A stretch of 34,259 nt of DNA. Origin: a virus. The notes under the pieces are model-generated. The model did not search any database, was not told the DNA's origin, and was given only the letters and a program-made list of their open reading frames with translations. Position numbers and translations under genes: made by a program. Shown one piece after another: positions 6,811-14,138 of this stretch. The stretch is from IMG/VR virus record IMGVR_UViG_3300045391_000686; one strand, given 5' to 3'. The number at the start of each line of letters is the position of its first letter. The stretch's first letter is position 1.

Positions 6811-7494
6811 ATGGCGAAGACTGACGCCGCAACTGAAGCAAAAAAGCGCAAGACAGAATTGAAGTCACAGTTCGGTGAATTCATTCCAGAGGGCAACGAC
6901 CCTGAACAGCTATACAAGCAATGGGTTTCAGCACTGTTCGGAAAAGAAGAAACACCAGACGACGACATGCTATTTCGTGCGCTGACAATGGCAAAGCTTG
7001 CAGGAATCGACATTCGTGGCGGTTTGCTGTACATCAAAGACGGCAACGTCATCATCAACATCGACGGTCTTGTGGCTATTGCTGACAAAACTGGTCAATA
7101 TGGTGGCACGTCAAAAGTTGAATATCAATACGACGAAAACCAGAAAGCCAAATCGGTCATCGTTGGCATCTACAAAATCATTGGTGAACACGTTCTGACA
7201 CCAGAACAGATTGTCATGATGGATGAATACGACACTGGTGATGGCTTATGGGCTGACGCAAAGGACGGCGGCAAGAAGCTGTCAATGCTGAAGAAAGTCG
7301 GTTTGGCGCACGTCATTCGTGCATCATTCACCACTTGTGCTGGTCTGTACATACCTGAAGAAGTTTCGGGCGTTGCCAAAAAGAAAGTCGCAAAGACGCA
7401 ATCTGAAATGGAAACGAACATCACCAAGGCACTTGCGAAGAATCGCAAAAAGGGTCAATCTAATATTGAACCAACCAAAGCAAAGAAAGCATAG
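6811..7494 (+). CDS. Single-strand annealing protein, RecT/Red-beta superfamily (227 aa)
   Basis: The pattern ...AGIDIRGGLLYI..INIDGLVAIADKTG...MMDEY...W...KLSMLKKVGLAHVIRASF...LYIPEE matches RecT/Bet hallmarks (DG, MLxKxA..R.aF, EE). Confidence 0.8.
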   Translation: MAKTDAATEAKKRKTELKSQFGEFIPEGNDPEQLYKQWVSALFGKEETPDDDMLFRALTMAKLAGIDIRGGLLYIKDGNVIINIDGLVAIADKTGQYGGTSKVEYQYDENQKAKSVIVGIYKIIGEHVLTPEQIVMMDEYDTGDGLWADAKDGGKKLSMLKKVGLAHVIRASFTTCAGLYIPEEVSGVAKKKVAKTQSEMETNITKALAKNRKKGQSNIEPTKAKKA

Positions 7495-7499
7495 ACGAT

Positions 7500-8120
7500 A
7501 TGCAATACAACGTGAAGAACGACGGAAAGCTTCACACCCGATTCAGCGACCTGATGCGTGCAACACCACATCAAGTGGAAAACATCATCAAAGAACAGTT
7601 GGGTGAAAAAGAACGCTTCAAATCAGATGTCATGGACTTCGGCAGCATCCGTCATGACATGTGGGAAAAGGAATCGAAAGAAACAGGCATGTTGCCAGTG
7701 GTTTTTCGTGACGCATTTCCGCAATACAAAGATTTGCAAATCACACATGCTGAAAAAGAATTCGCAACCGAACTGTTCAAGAACATCGTGATTCACAGCC
7801 GACCAGACGGCGTGTCTGTACCATCAGCCATTGTGGTTGACTACAAGACCATGGTCAAAGGTGCAGGCGGCGCACGACGGTATGCCAGTTCGAAGCAATT
7901 GCCATTCTATTCATTCCAACTTGGCATTCACAACATACGCATCAAAAAATATGTGTATCTGGTTGAAATTTGGAACAAAGAATATACGGAAATTATCGGG
8001 TACGACTGTTTTGAAAAGACCGTCGGCTTGATTGATATTGCCGCCGCAAAGAAGTGGGCGCATGACCGCTGTGAAGTGCTTGCAATGGGCATGAAAATGG
8101 CAGGGTTGTGGAAAGGTTGA
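7500..8120 (+). CDS. PD-(D/E)xK exonuclease (RecB/Cas4/YqaJ-like), partner of the annealase (206 aa)
   Basis: GSIRHDMWE, then RPDGV....IVVDYKT (D...D-x-K motif), then QLPFY. It is adjacent to the RecT-like gene. Confidence 0.7.
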   Translation: MQYNVKNDGKLHTRFSDLMRATPHQVENIIKEQLGEKERFKSDVMDFGSIRHDMWEKESKETGMLPVVFRDAFPQYKDLQITHAEKEFATELFKNIVIHSRPDGVSVPSAIVVDYKTMVKGAGGARRYASSKQLPFYSFQLGIHNIRIKKYVYLVEIWNKEYTEIIGYDCFEKTVGLIDIAAAKKWAHDRCEVLAMGMKMAGLWKG

Positions 8121-8126
8121 CCGCTT

Positions 8127-8171
8127 AAAGTATAGAAAAGTATTGACAATTGAAACATGCTTTGCTACAAT
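8127..8171 (+). promoter_or_regulatory. Promoter P4: AAAGTATAGA/AAAGTATTGA, -35 TTGACA (8143-8148), 17-nt spacer, TGn-extended -10 tgcTACAAT (8166-8171)
   Basis: Fourth copy of the cassette. Its leader gaaatatcatcaaagaaagg is almost identical to the P2 leader. Confidence 0.8.
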
Positions 8172-8204
8172 AGAAATATCATCAAAGAAAGGATGAAAAA
8201 CGAT

Positions 8205-8807
8205 ATGCAAGAACAACCAAATCTGACACCAGTCAAACGACAGGTGACCACCATCAGCAATCAAGCTGGTGACCTGATGATTGATTCGCAAGAATCATTG
8301 TCACAAGCGACAGACATTCTGTCGAAAATCAAGACTTCAGCGAAAGACTTGAAGTCACGCAAAGAAGAAATCACCAACCCATTGAACGCAGCGCTGAAAT
8401 CAGCACGTTCATTGTTCAAGCCGCTTGAAGATGATTTGGCAACAGCCGAACGCACCATCAAAGGCAAAATTCTTGACTACTCAAATGAGGTTGAAGAAGA
8501 AGCACGCAAGAAAGCCGCAAAGCTTGAAGACCGTGTTGAACGTGGCACGATGCGCACCGACACAGCAATGCGCAAGATGGATGAAATCGAAACTGTCGGT
8601 TCATCTGTACAGGGCGCAAGCGGTTCAGTGCAATTCCGCATGGTACGCAATATCAAAATAGTAGACCCGACCAAGATTCCATTGAAGTATCTTTCAAACG
8701 AAAAAGTCTTGGCAGCAATCAGCGCAGCAGTTCGAACAGACGTTCTGAACGGCACAAAGGTCGATGGCGTTGAAATAGTCGAAGAAAAGCAAATTGCCGC
8801 ACGATAG
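8205..8807 (+). CDS. Siphovirus Gp157-like / DUF1351-like coiled-coil protein of the recombination module (200 aa)
   Basis: Long coiled-coil N-terminus, then the C-terminal pattern VQFRMVRNIKIVDPTKIPLKYL...VLNGTKVDGVEIVEEKQIAAR as in Gp157-type proteins. Assigned from memory of the family pattern only. Confidence 0.45.
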   Translation: MQEQPNLTPVKRQVTTISNQAGDLMIDSQESLSQATDILSKIKTSAKDLKSRKEEITNPLNAALKSARSLFKPLEDDLATAERTIKGKILDYSNEVEEEARKKAAKLEDRVERGTMRTDTAMRKMDEIETVGSSVQGASGSVQFRMVRNIKIVDPTKIPLKYLSNEKVLAAISAAVRTDVLNGTKVDGVEIVEEKQIAAR

Positions 8808-8824
8808 CGGCAAAGGGTGGGAAC

Positions 8825-8929
8825 ATGATTCGCAAACGAAAAGTCGAACGTCGCAACAAGCTTGCACGAACGAAAAGAATCCAGAAATTGCAGCTGGTCG
8901 AACAGTTGCAGGAAGTGAAATTCGCATGA
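8825..8929 (+). CDS. Possible very basic mini-protein (34 aa)
   Basis: RBS aagggtgggaacATG. Its stop overlaps the next ATG (ATGA). The alternative reading is a TTG start at 8794 in the other frame. Confidence 0.35.
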   Translation: MIRKRKVERRNKLARTKRIQKLQLVEQLQEVKFA

Positions 8930-9204
8930 AATACTATCAAATCAAAGCAAAGTACATCGCACTGTTGGTGGCACAAGCCATCGTGAAACGCTTCATTGTG
9001 CCAGTAGTTGGCGCAACCGCAGCAAGCATCAAAGCGACATTGAGTTTGCCACATACCATTGTGACGGCATACCAAGACGCAAAAGAATCAGCAGCACTTG
9101 ACGTTGAACTTGAAGCCGCACTGATTGACAAAGAGTTTTTGAACCGTGCATCTGTCGGTTTGACTGAAGAAGAATCAAAGCGCATCAAATCATTGGGTCT
9201 ATAA
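8926..9204 (+). CDS. Hypothetical protein (92 aa)
   Basis: ATG within the 8794-9204 ORF. ATGA coupling upstream and TAATG coupling downstream. Confidence 0.55.
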   Translation: MKYYQIKAKYIALLVAQAIVKRFIVPVVGATAASIKATLSLPHTIVTAYQDAKESAALDVELEAALIDKEFLNRASVGLTEEESKRIKSLGL

Positions 9205-9332
9205 TGAACGACCCATTTGGACGGCTGTTGTTGTTCATGCTGGAACGGCGTTTCAAACGCATACAGCGCAACCACGGCATGATGCGAATAATTGGAAAGA
9301 AGTTCACCATTTGGGTGACAGAAAGGCGCTAG
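9204..9332 (+). CDS. Possible small basic protein (42 aa)
   Basis: TAATG overlap with the upstream gene. It fills the gap before 9335: MNDPFGRLLLFMLERRFKRIQRNHGMMRIIGKKFTIWVTERR*. Confidence 0.35.
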   Translation: MNDPFGRLLLFMLERRFKRIQRNHGMMRIIGKKFTIWVTERR

Positions 9333-9334
9333 AC

Positions 9335-9895
9335 ATGGGAACAGCATTTGACAAGGGCAAAGCATACGAATTGCACATTGCCAAGCTAGTGCGCAAGAAA
9401 GCCGACAAAGGTTCAATGCGCAACCGTGGCAGCCACACGGCAAGTACGCATGACGCCGACGTCTTCACGAATCTACCGATTCACATTGAAGCCAAGCATC
9501 ATGAAAACGTGCGCATCAAAGACTGGATGGAACAAGCCGAAGCCGCTTCATCATTCCATCAGACAGCTGTCGTTGCATTCCGCATCGACGACAAAGACTA
9601 TGCCGCACTGAATTTCGAAGACTTGATGAACCTGTTCGTGCAGATTGCCGACCAGCAAGCCGAAATCAACGATTTGCGTGCGCCAGTTGAACACATAGTC
9701 GTCAAACCAGCCAAAGCCGCTGAAAACGCACGACATGAAGCCGTGGCGCTATCGCAGAAAGCAATCGCAAAGAAGAAAGATGCACCAGCCATCAAATACG
9801 ACAAAAACGGTCACATTGTCGATGAATATGGCTATTGTATGCAAAAGGGTTGCAAGTACAATCGAAACTACCGACCACCGAAAGTGAAACGATAA
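9335..9895 (+). CDS. PD-(D/E)xK nuclease, probable Holliday-junction resolvase-like enzyme (186 aa)
   Basis: The pattern GTAFDKGKAYELHIAKLV...DADVF...IHIEAKH (D...E-x-K) with a basic, Cys-containing C-terminus. RBS gaaaggcgctagacATG. Confidence 0.55.
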   Translation: MGTAFDKGKAYELHIAKLVRKKADKGSMRNRGSHTASTHDADVFTNLPIHIEAKHHENVRIKDWMEQAEAASSFHQTAVVAFRIDDKDYAALNFEDLMNLFVQIADQQAEINDLRAPVEHIVVKPAKAAENARHEAVALSQKAIAKKKDAPAIKYDKNGHIVDEYGYCMQKGCKYNRNYRPPKVKR

Positions 9896-10374
9896 TGAAG
9901 AAGAAACCAGACGTCACAGACCAGTTGGTCGAAGCACGGAAAAACATTGAAGTGCTGAAAGTGCAGATGGATGACGACATTGACGTCACCAACGAATTGG
10001 CATACAGCGACGAACAGCTGAAGCGATTGGCGACCAAATTGCCACGCATCATGTTTCAAGCGTCGCAAAGCACCGTGTTGAAGTTCATCGACTTCAAAGA
10101 TGCCAAGCGCAAGGTGAAAAAAGAATTGGCACTTGCGATGATGCAAGCCAACCAGATGAAAGATGATTTGTCATCAGCTGAAGACCGCAAAGCGTGGGCG
10201 CAGAATGCTGACAATGTTGAGAAAGCCGAAATCGACTTGATACAGGCTGAAGCCGAATACCGCATGGCTGAATTTCATTTCCAAGCATATGACAATTTGT
10301 ACATGGCGGTGAAGAAGATGATTGACATGCGCATGGCTGAAAACGCAGCGCAAGAAAGGGCAAACCGAACATGA
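9895..10374 (+). CDS. Hypothetical coiled-coil protein (159 aa)
   Basis: TAATG overlap upstream and ATGA overlap downstream. Confidence 0.6.
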   Translation: MKKKPDVTDQLVEARKNIEVLKVQMDDDIDVTNELAYSDEQLKRLATKLPRIMFQASQSTVLKFIDFKDAKRKVKKELALAMMQANQMKDDLSSAEDRKAWAQNADNVEKAEIDLIQAEAEYRMAEFHFQAYDNLYMAVKKMIDMRMAENAAQERANRT

Positions 10375-10688
10375 ACGACGGCATCATCACACAGTTCACG
10401 AATCAATTGATTTCGAATATTGAAGCGATGCACGAATTCTTGTTTGGCAAGCCAAAGCACGCAAACTGTCGCAGTATCACCATGGCGGTTGACCCGATAT
10501 TCTTTGACGGCAAACCCCGATACATGGACATCAAACCACCAGAAACATACGAAGACTATCAAATAAGAAAGTGGCTTTCACAAGTGCCACACGGCGGCAT
10601 CGTTGGCAATATGGCTGTGCTTATATGCTATAATGAAAAACATCCGTCGGCGTCACTTGTGATTGTCGAGGACATCAAAACCATATGA
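10371..10688 (+). CDS. Hypothetical protein (105 aa)
   Basis: RBS agaaagggcaaaccgaacATG. ATGA overlaps on both sides. Confidence 0.6.
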   Translation: MNDGIITQFTNQLISNIEAMHEFLFGKPKHANCRSITMAVDPIFFDGKPRYMDIKPPETYEDYQIRKWLSQVPHGGIVGNMAVLICYNEKHPSASLVIVEDIKTI

Positions 10689-11314
10689 ATATTGACTATC
10701 GAAAAGTGATTTTGGCATTCATTGCAGCGGTCATCATTGCGATACCAACAGCAGCGGCATTCCAGAATCGAACCAACCAGATTGAAAGTGAACGGCAAGA
10801 CAAAAGCCGACTTCAGCTTGACGTGAAAAAGAAAGATTCTGAACTTGAAAAACTCAAGATTCAGACCAAAGAAAGCGAAGCCGAAAAGCTACGCATTCAA
10901 CAGGAAAACGAACAGCTGAAGAAAGATTTGCAAGCCAAACGTGAACGACAGGCTGAAGAACAGCGATTGGCGGCGGCGCAGGCATCGAAACCAGCCGCCG
11001 TTTCTGTTGGCATCAGTGGCAGTTGCGAATCATACCGACCATTGGTTCAAAAGTATTTCGGCGCAGCAACAGCGTCGGCAATGATAACCATGCAGAAAGA
11101 ATCGGGATGCAACCCGACAGCCGTGTCACCGACAAACGACCATGGATTGTTTCAGCTGAACGGTCAACCAGTATATGACCCCGAAGCCAACATTCGCATT
11201 GCATACGCCAAATTTGTGTCACCACGCCGTGGCACGAATCCAAACTGGTCGGCATGGTATGCGGTTTGTACACCCGACCTTGTGCCAAAGTATTCGGGCA
11301 TCTGGTGTTCGTAA
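10685..11314 (+). CDS. Membrane-anchored lytic transglycosylase (TM helix, coiled coil, SLT/lysozyme-like domain; 209 aa)
   Basis: TM helix VILAFIAAVIIAIPTAAAF, a heptad-rich region, then MQKESGCNPTAVSPTNDHGLFQLNG...IAYAKF (catalytic E-S and GLxQ motifs). Confidence 0.75.
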   Translation: MNIDYRKVILAFIAAVIIAIPTAAAFQNRTNQIESERQDKSRLQLDVKKKDSELEKLKIQTKESEAEKLRIQQENEQLKKDLQAKRERQAEEQRLAAAQASKPAAVSVGISGSCESYRPLVQKYFGAATASAMITMQKESGCNPTAVSPTNDHGLFQLNGQPVYDPEANIRIAYAKFVSPRRGTNPNWSAWYAVCTPDLVPKYSGIWCS

Positions 11315-11351
11315 ACATAAACAGATAGAATGGTTTCATGACGATAGAAAC

Positions 11352-11421
11352 GCCGACATCATTCCGACCTTTCACCCACTCGTGAATTGCATATCGTCAT
11401 TCGGAACTGGTGTCGGCTTTT
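11352..11421 (+). terminator. Two-tier hairpin plus T4 run; candidate intrinsic terminator or attenuator at the early/late boundary
   Basis: GCCGACA (11352-58) pairs with TGTCGGC (11411-17). TTCCGA (11362-67) pairs with TCGGAA (11401-06). TTTT follows at 11418-21. The apical loop is large (33 nt). Confidence 0.45.
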
Positions 11422-11441
11422 CTGTTGCCATCCGCAGCGTG

Positions 11442-11463
11442 AAAGTATAGAATAGTATCAGCA
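11442..11463 (+). repeat. Degenerate fifth copy of the promoter-cassette upstream element (AAAGTATAGA/ATAGTATCAG) lacking a TTGACA -35
   Basis: gaAAGTATAGAAtAGTATcAgCA compared with the consensus AAAGTATAGAAAAGTATTGACA. There is no -10 at the cassette distance. Confidence 0.6.
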
Positions 11464-11494
11464 TAGACGATATGCAGAAAGCGAGGGTATAAAA

Positions 11495-11791
11495 TTGAAA
11501 AACTTCTTCAAACGTAAACCGAAGCCGCAACCAGCTTCGAAAACTGTGCCGCTGAAAACGAAAGCGTCACCAAAAACCAAAGCAGCGATTGACTTCTTCA
11601 ACGACAAGAAATCAGCCGTCGACATGCTGGAAACAGACCGACGCCGCAAGTTCGTTCATAGTGGGTATACAAAGACGAAAGTCGACCACTTCTTTGAATG
11701 GGTAGAAAAGCAGCCATGGGGCATGTGGGCTGTGTATGCAGTAGCAACCGCATTCGTCGTTGCTGTCGCTTATTGGGGTATAAAGCAATGA
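11495..11791 (+). CDS. Tail-anchored membrane protein with a Lys/Pro-rich N-terminus (98 aa); first gene of the late operon
   Basis: TTG start 7 nt after gagggt. C-terminal TM helix WGMWAVYAVATAFVVAVAYWGI. Confidence 0.55.
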   Translation: MKNFFKRKPKPQPASKTVPLKTKASPKTKAAIDFFNDKKSAVDMLETDRRRKFVHSGYTKTKVDHFFEWVEKQPWGMWAVYAVATAFVVAVAYWGIKQ

Positions 11792-11931
11792 AGCAACGTA
11801 CTTTGAAAGCCGTCGGTTTGGCGCTTGCGCTTGCAGGCGCATTCGGCTTTGGCATGTGGTTCATGTATTTCATCCAGTGGGTTGAAGTGTTCACCAAATT
11901 CATGGAAATGACGGAAAAGGTTTTCAAATGA
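11788..11931 (+). CDS. Small single-pass membrane protein (47 aa)
   Basis: ATGA overlaps on both sides. TM helix AVGLALALAGAFGFGMWFMYFI. Confidence 0.5.
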   Translation: MKQRTLKAVGLALALAGAFGFGMWFMYFIQWVEVFTKFMEMTEKVFK

Positions 11932-12869
11932 GAATCGCATTTTTGGGCAACTTCAACGTGCCGTTCACCAGTGAATCACACTACGCCGCAACACTTGAAA
12001 AGATGGGTCACAAAGTCATTCGTTTGCAAGAACCAATGGTGACCACAGACCGTGTGTATCAAGTCGCTATCGAATGCGACATCTTCTTTTGGGTTCACAC
12101 GCATGGATGGGATTTGAAAGGCAACCGCACGATGACTGAAGTGCTTCGTCGGCTTGAACGCAAGGGCATTCCATCAGTGGCATATCATCTTGATTTGTAC
12201 ATGGGTTTGCGCCGATGGAACGAATACCATGACCACGAATACTTCAAAGTGAAACACTTCTTCACTGTCGACAAATTGATGGCTGATTGGCTGAACGAAA
12301 ACACCAACACGGCTGGTCACTATTTGCCAGCTGGTGTGTTCGAACCAGAATGCTATATTGCCGACAAAGATGACCGCTTCGATTTCGATGTGGTCTTTGT
12401 TGGTTCACGTCGCTACCATCCAGAATGGCAGTACCGACCAAAGCTGATTCAGTTTCTTGAACAGACATATGGCAAGCGATTCGCACACTTCGGCAATGAC
12501 GGAAAGCACGTCGTTCGTGGCGATGAACTGAATCGACTATATGCCAGCGCCAAAGTTGTTGTCGGTGACACGCTTTGCATTGACTTCACATACCCACACT
12601 ATTGGTCTGACAGAATCTATGAAACCACTGGTCGTGGTGGCATGATTATTCATCCATTCATTGAGGGTATAGACACGCAGTTCGAAGCAGGAAAAGAAGT
12701 CATGTTTTACCAATACGGTGACATGCGTGATTTGAAAACCAAGATTGATGAATTGCTGAAAGATACCGAATATCGTGAAAAAATCCGTTTGGCTGGTCAT
12801 GAGCGCACGAAGCGTGACCATACATACACCAGCCGATTGCAAACAATAATTGACACAGTAAAGGGGTGA
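11928..12869 (+). CDS. Glycosyltransferase, CgeB-like (GT-B fold, Glyco_trans_1_2 type; 313 aa)
   Basis: The C-terminal pattern SDRIYETTGRGGMIIHPFIEGIDTQFEAGKEVMFYQYGDMRDLKTKIDELLKDTEYREKIRLAGHERTKRDHTY matches the CgeB-type GT signature. Confidence 0.7.
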   Translation: MRIAFLGNFNVPFTSESHYAATLEKMGHKVIRLQEPMVTTDRVYQVAIECDIFFWVHTHGWDLKGNRTMTEVLRRLERKGIPSVAYHLDLYMGLRRWNEYHDHEYFKVKHFFTVDKLMADWLNENTNTAGHYLPAGVFEPECYIADKDDRFDFDVVFVGSRRYHPEWQYRPKLIQFLEQTYGKRFAHFGNDGKHVVRGDELNRLYASAKVVVGDTLCIDFTYPHYWSDRIYETTGRGGMIIHPFIEGIDTQFEAGKEVMFYQYGDMRDLKTKIDELLKDTEYREKIRLAGHERTKRDHTYTSRLQTIIDTVKG

Positions 12870-12871
12870 CC

Positions 12872-13561
12872 ATGAAAATATTTGCACATGACCCACGATT
12901 CATCTTTGATGGTCGTGATGATTCAAAAACTGACGCCGTTGTCGTGCGTGAGATATGGTGCGAAAACGTATACGAAGTCTTTGACGGTGATTTGAACGAC
13001 ACAGGCATTGTGGTCGACCTTGGCGCAAACATCGGCGCATTCACTCTGTATGCGGCAGCACTTGGCGCAAAGAAAGTGATTGCCGTTGAACCGCAAAAAG
13101 AAAACGTCGAAATGCTGGTGAAAAACGTCGGCGCAAATCGTCACAACGTGCCGAATTGTGAATTCGTATTCGATGAACGTGGCATCAGTGGGTACATGGG
13201 TGAAGCAATGATGAACGCCAAGCATGGTGATTCATCTATCGTTGGCGTGCATTCGTCGACTATGAACACACCAGCTGGAAAAGAAGATTTCACACAGCGA
13301 ATTCGCACGACGACGCTGGACGGCTTGTTCAAAGACCATGGGCTTGAATTCATTGACGTGCTGAAAATTGACATCGAGGGTCTTGAGGGTGAAGTGATTT
13401 TGGCGGCATCAGAAAGCACGCTGAATCTGTGTCGATACATCACTCTTGAATATGACCAGCACGCAAATGACCTTGGCGCTATCGTCGAGAAATTGAGCAA
13501 AACACATCAAATCAAGTATGTCGGCAGCAATGGCGGCATGTTATTCGGAAAGAGGTATTGA
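12872..13561 (+). CDS. FkbM-family SAM-dependent methyltransferase (229 aa)
   Basis: VVDLGANIGAFTLYAAALGAKKVIAVEPQKENVEMLVKNV and FIDVLKIDIEGLEGEVI are FkbM (Methyltransf_21) hallmarks. ATG 12872 lies 5-6 nt after aaagggg (a GTG at 12866 is the alternative start). Confidence 0.8.
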   Translation: MKIFAHDPRFIFDGRDDSKTDAVVVREIWCENVYEVFDGDLNDTGIVVDLGANIGAFTLYAAALGAKKVIAVEPQKENVEMLVKNVGANRHNVPNCEFVFDERGISGYMGEAMMNAKHGDSSIVGVHSSTMNTPAGKEDFTQRIRTTTLDGLFKDHGLEFIDVLKIDIEGLEGEVILAASESTLNLCRYITLEYDQHANDLGAIVEKLSKTHQIKYVGSNGGMLFGKRY

Positions 13562-13562
13562 A

Positions 13563-14138
13563 ATGAATCGTCAAACACGTCGCAGCGCAGACTTCGACAT
13601 CAAGAAGTACATCAAAGCAAGCAATGAAATTGAGGGCATATACAGCGAAGAAGAAGATGCACAATCGCTTTTGGCATGGGCATATCTTGAACAGCTGGAT
13701 TCGCTTTCGCACGCTGACATCATGCGTGTGCAGAAAATCATCACGCTTCACCAAGAAGACTTGCAGCCAAATCAACGTGGGTACTACCGTGGCATGGCAG
13801 GCAACATGACAAACGTATCTGTCGGTGGTCGGGTTGCACCTGATTATTCACTAGTTGAAGACTTGATGCGCAATTGGCTGATGGACGTGGCACAAATGAC
13901 GCCGCTGATTGGTCACATTCGATTTGAAATGATTCACCCATTCGTCGACGGCAATGGTCGCACTGGTCGCATGTTGTACTGGTATGTGTGCAAGCGCCGT
14001 GGCATCAAACCAACGTACTACAACGCCGACGAAGAAAAGAATCGTCAAGCATACTACCGACTATTTGAACACGAACGTGTCATCAAGCTTTCGAACATGG
14101 GCTGGATTATCAAAGACGACAAGGATTTGCAGTCATGA
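13563..14138 (+). CDS. fic: Fic-domain protein (191 aa) with the canonical AMPylation motif and an N-terminal inhibitory-helix motif
   Basis: HPFVDGNGRTGR fits HxFx(D/E)GNGRxxR. SNEIEG near the N-terminus fits (S/T)xxxE(G/N). RBS gaaagaggtattgaaATG. Its stop overlaps the next ATG. Confidence 0.9.
   Translation: MNRQTRRSADFDIKKYIKASNEIEGIYSEEEDAQSLLAWAYLEQLDSLSHADIMRVQKIITLHQEDLQPNQRGYYRGMAGNMTNVSVGGRVAPDYSLVEDLMRNWLMDVAQMTPLIGHIRFEMIHPFVDGNGRTGRMLYWYVCKRRGIKPTYYNADEEKNRQAYYRLFEHERVIKLSNMGWIIKDDKDLQS

Noticed and set aside
9895-10374. UvsY-like recombination mediator assignment
   Set aside because: The only resemblance is size and helical character. No UvsX/RecA-type recombinase is present for it to load, so it is left as hypothetical.
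11442-11494. Fifth promoter cassette as a functional sigma-A promoter for the late operon
   Set aside because: The -35 is TCAGCA instead of TTGACA, and the cassette-distance -10 position reads CGAGGG. The nearest TATAAA (11488-11493) is 24 nt from the -35 position. I treat it as a degenerate or half site, possibly activator-dependent, not a constitutive promoter.
13518-13562. Upstream starts from the ORF track, such as 13518 for Fic. Similar cases are 15079, 3545, 3649, 4802, 5273, 6457, 8157, 9835, 11698, 16332, 25480, 31167 and 31796.
   Set aside because: These extensions overlap the preceding gene or a promoter and lack an RBS. In each case an internal ATG has a GAAAGG-type RBS or an ATGA/TAATG coupling to the upstream stop.
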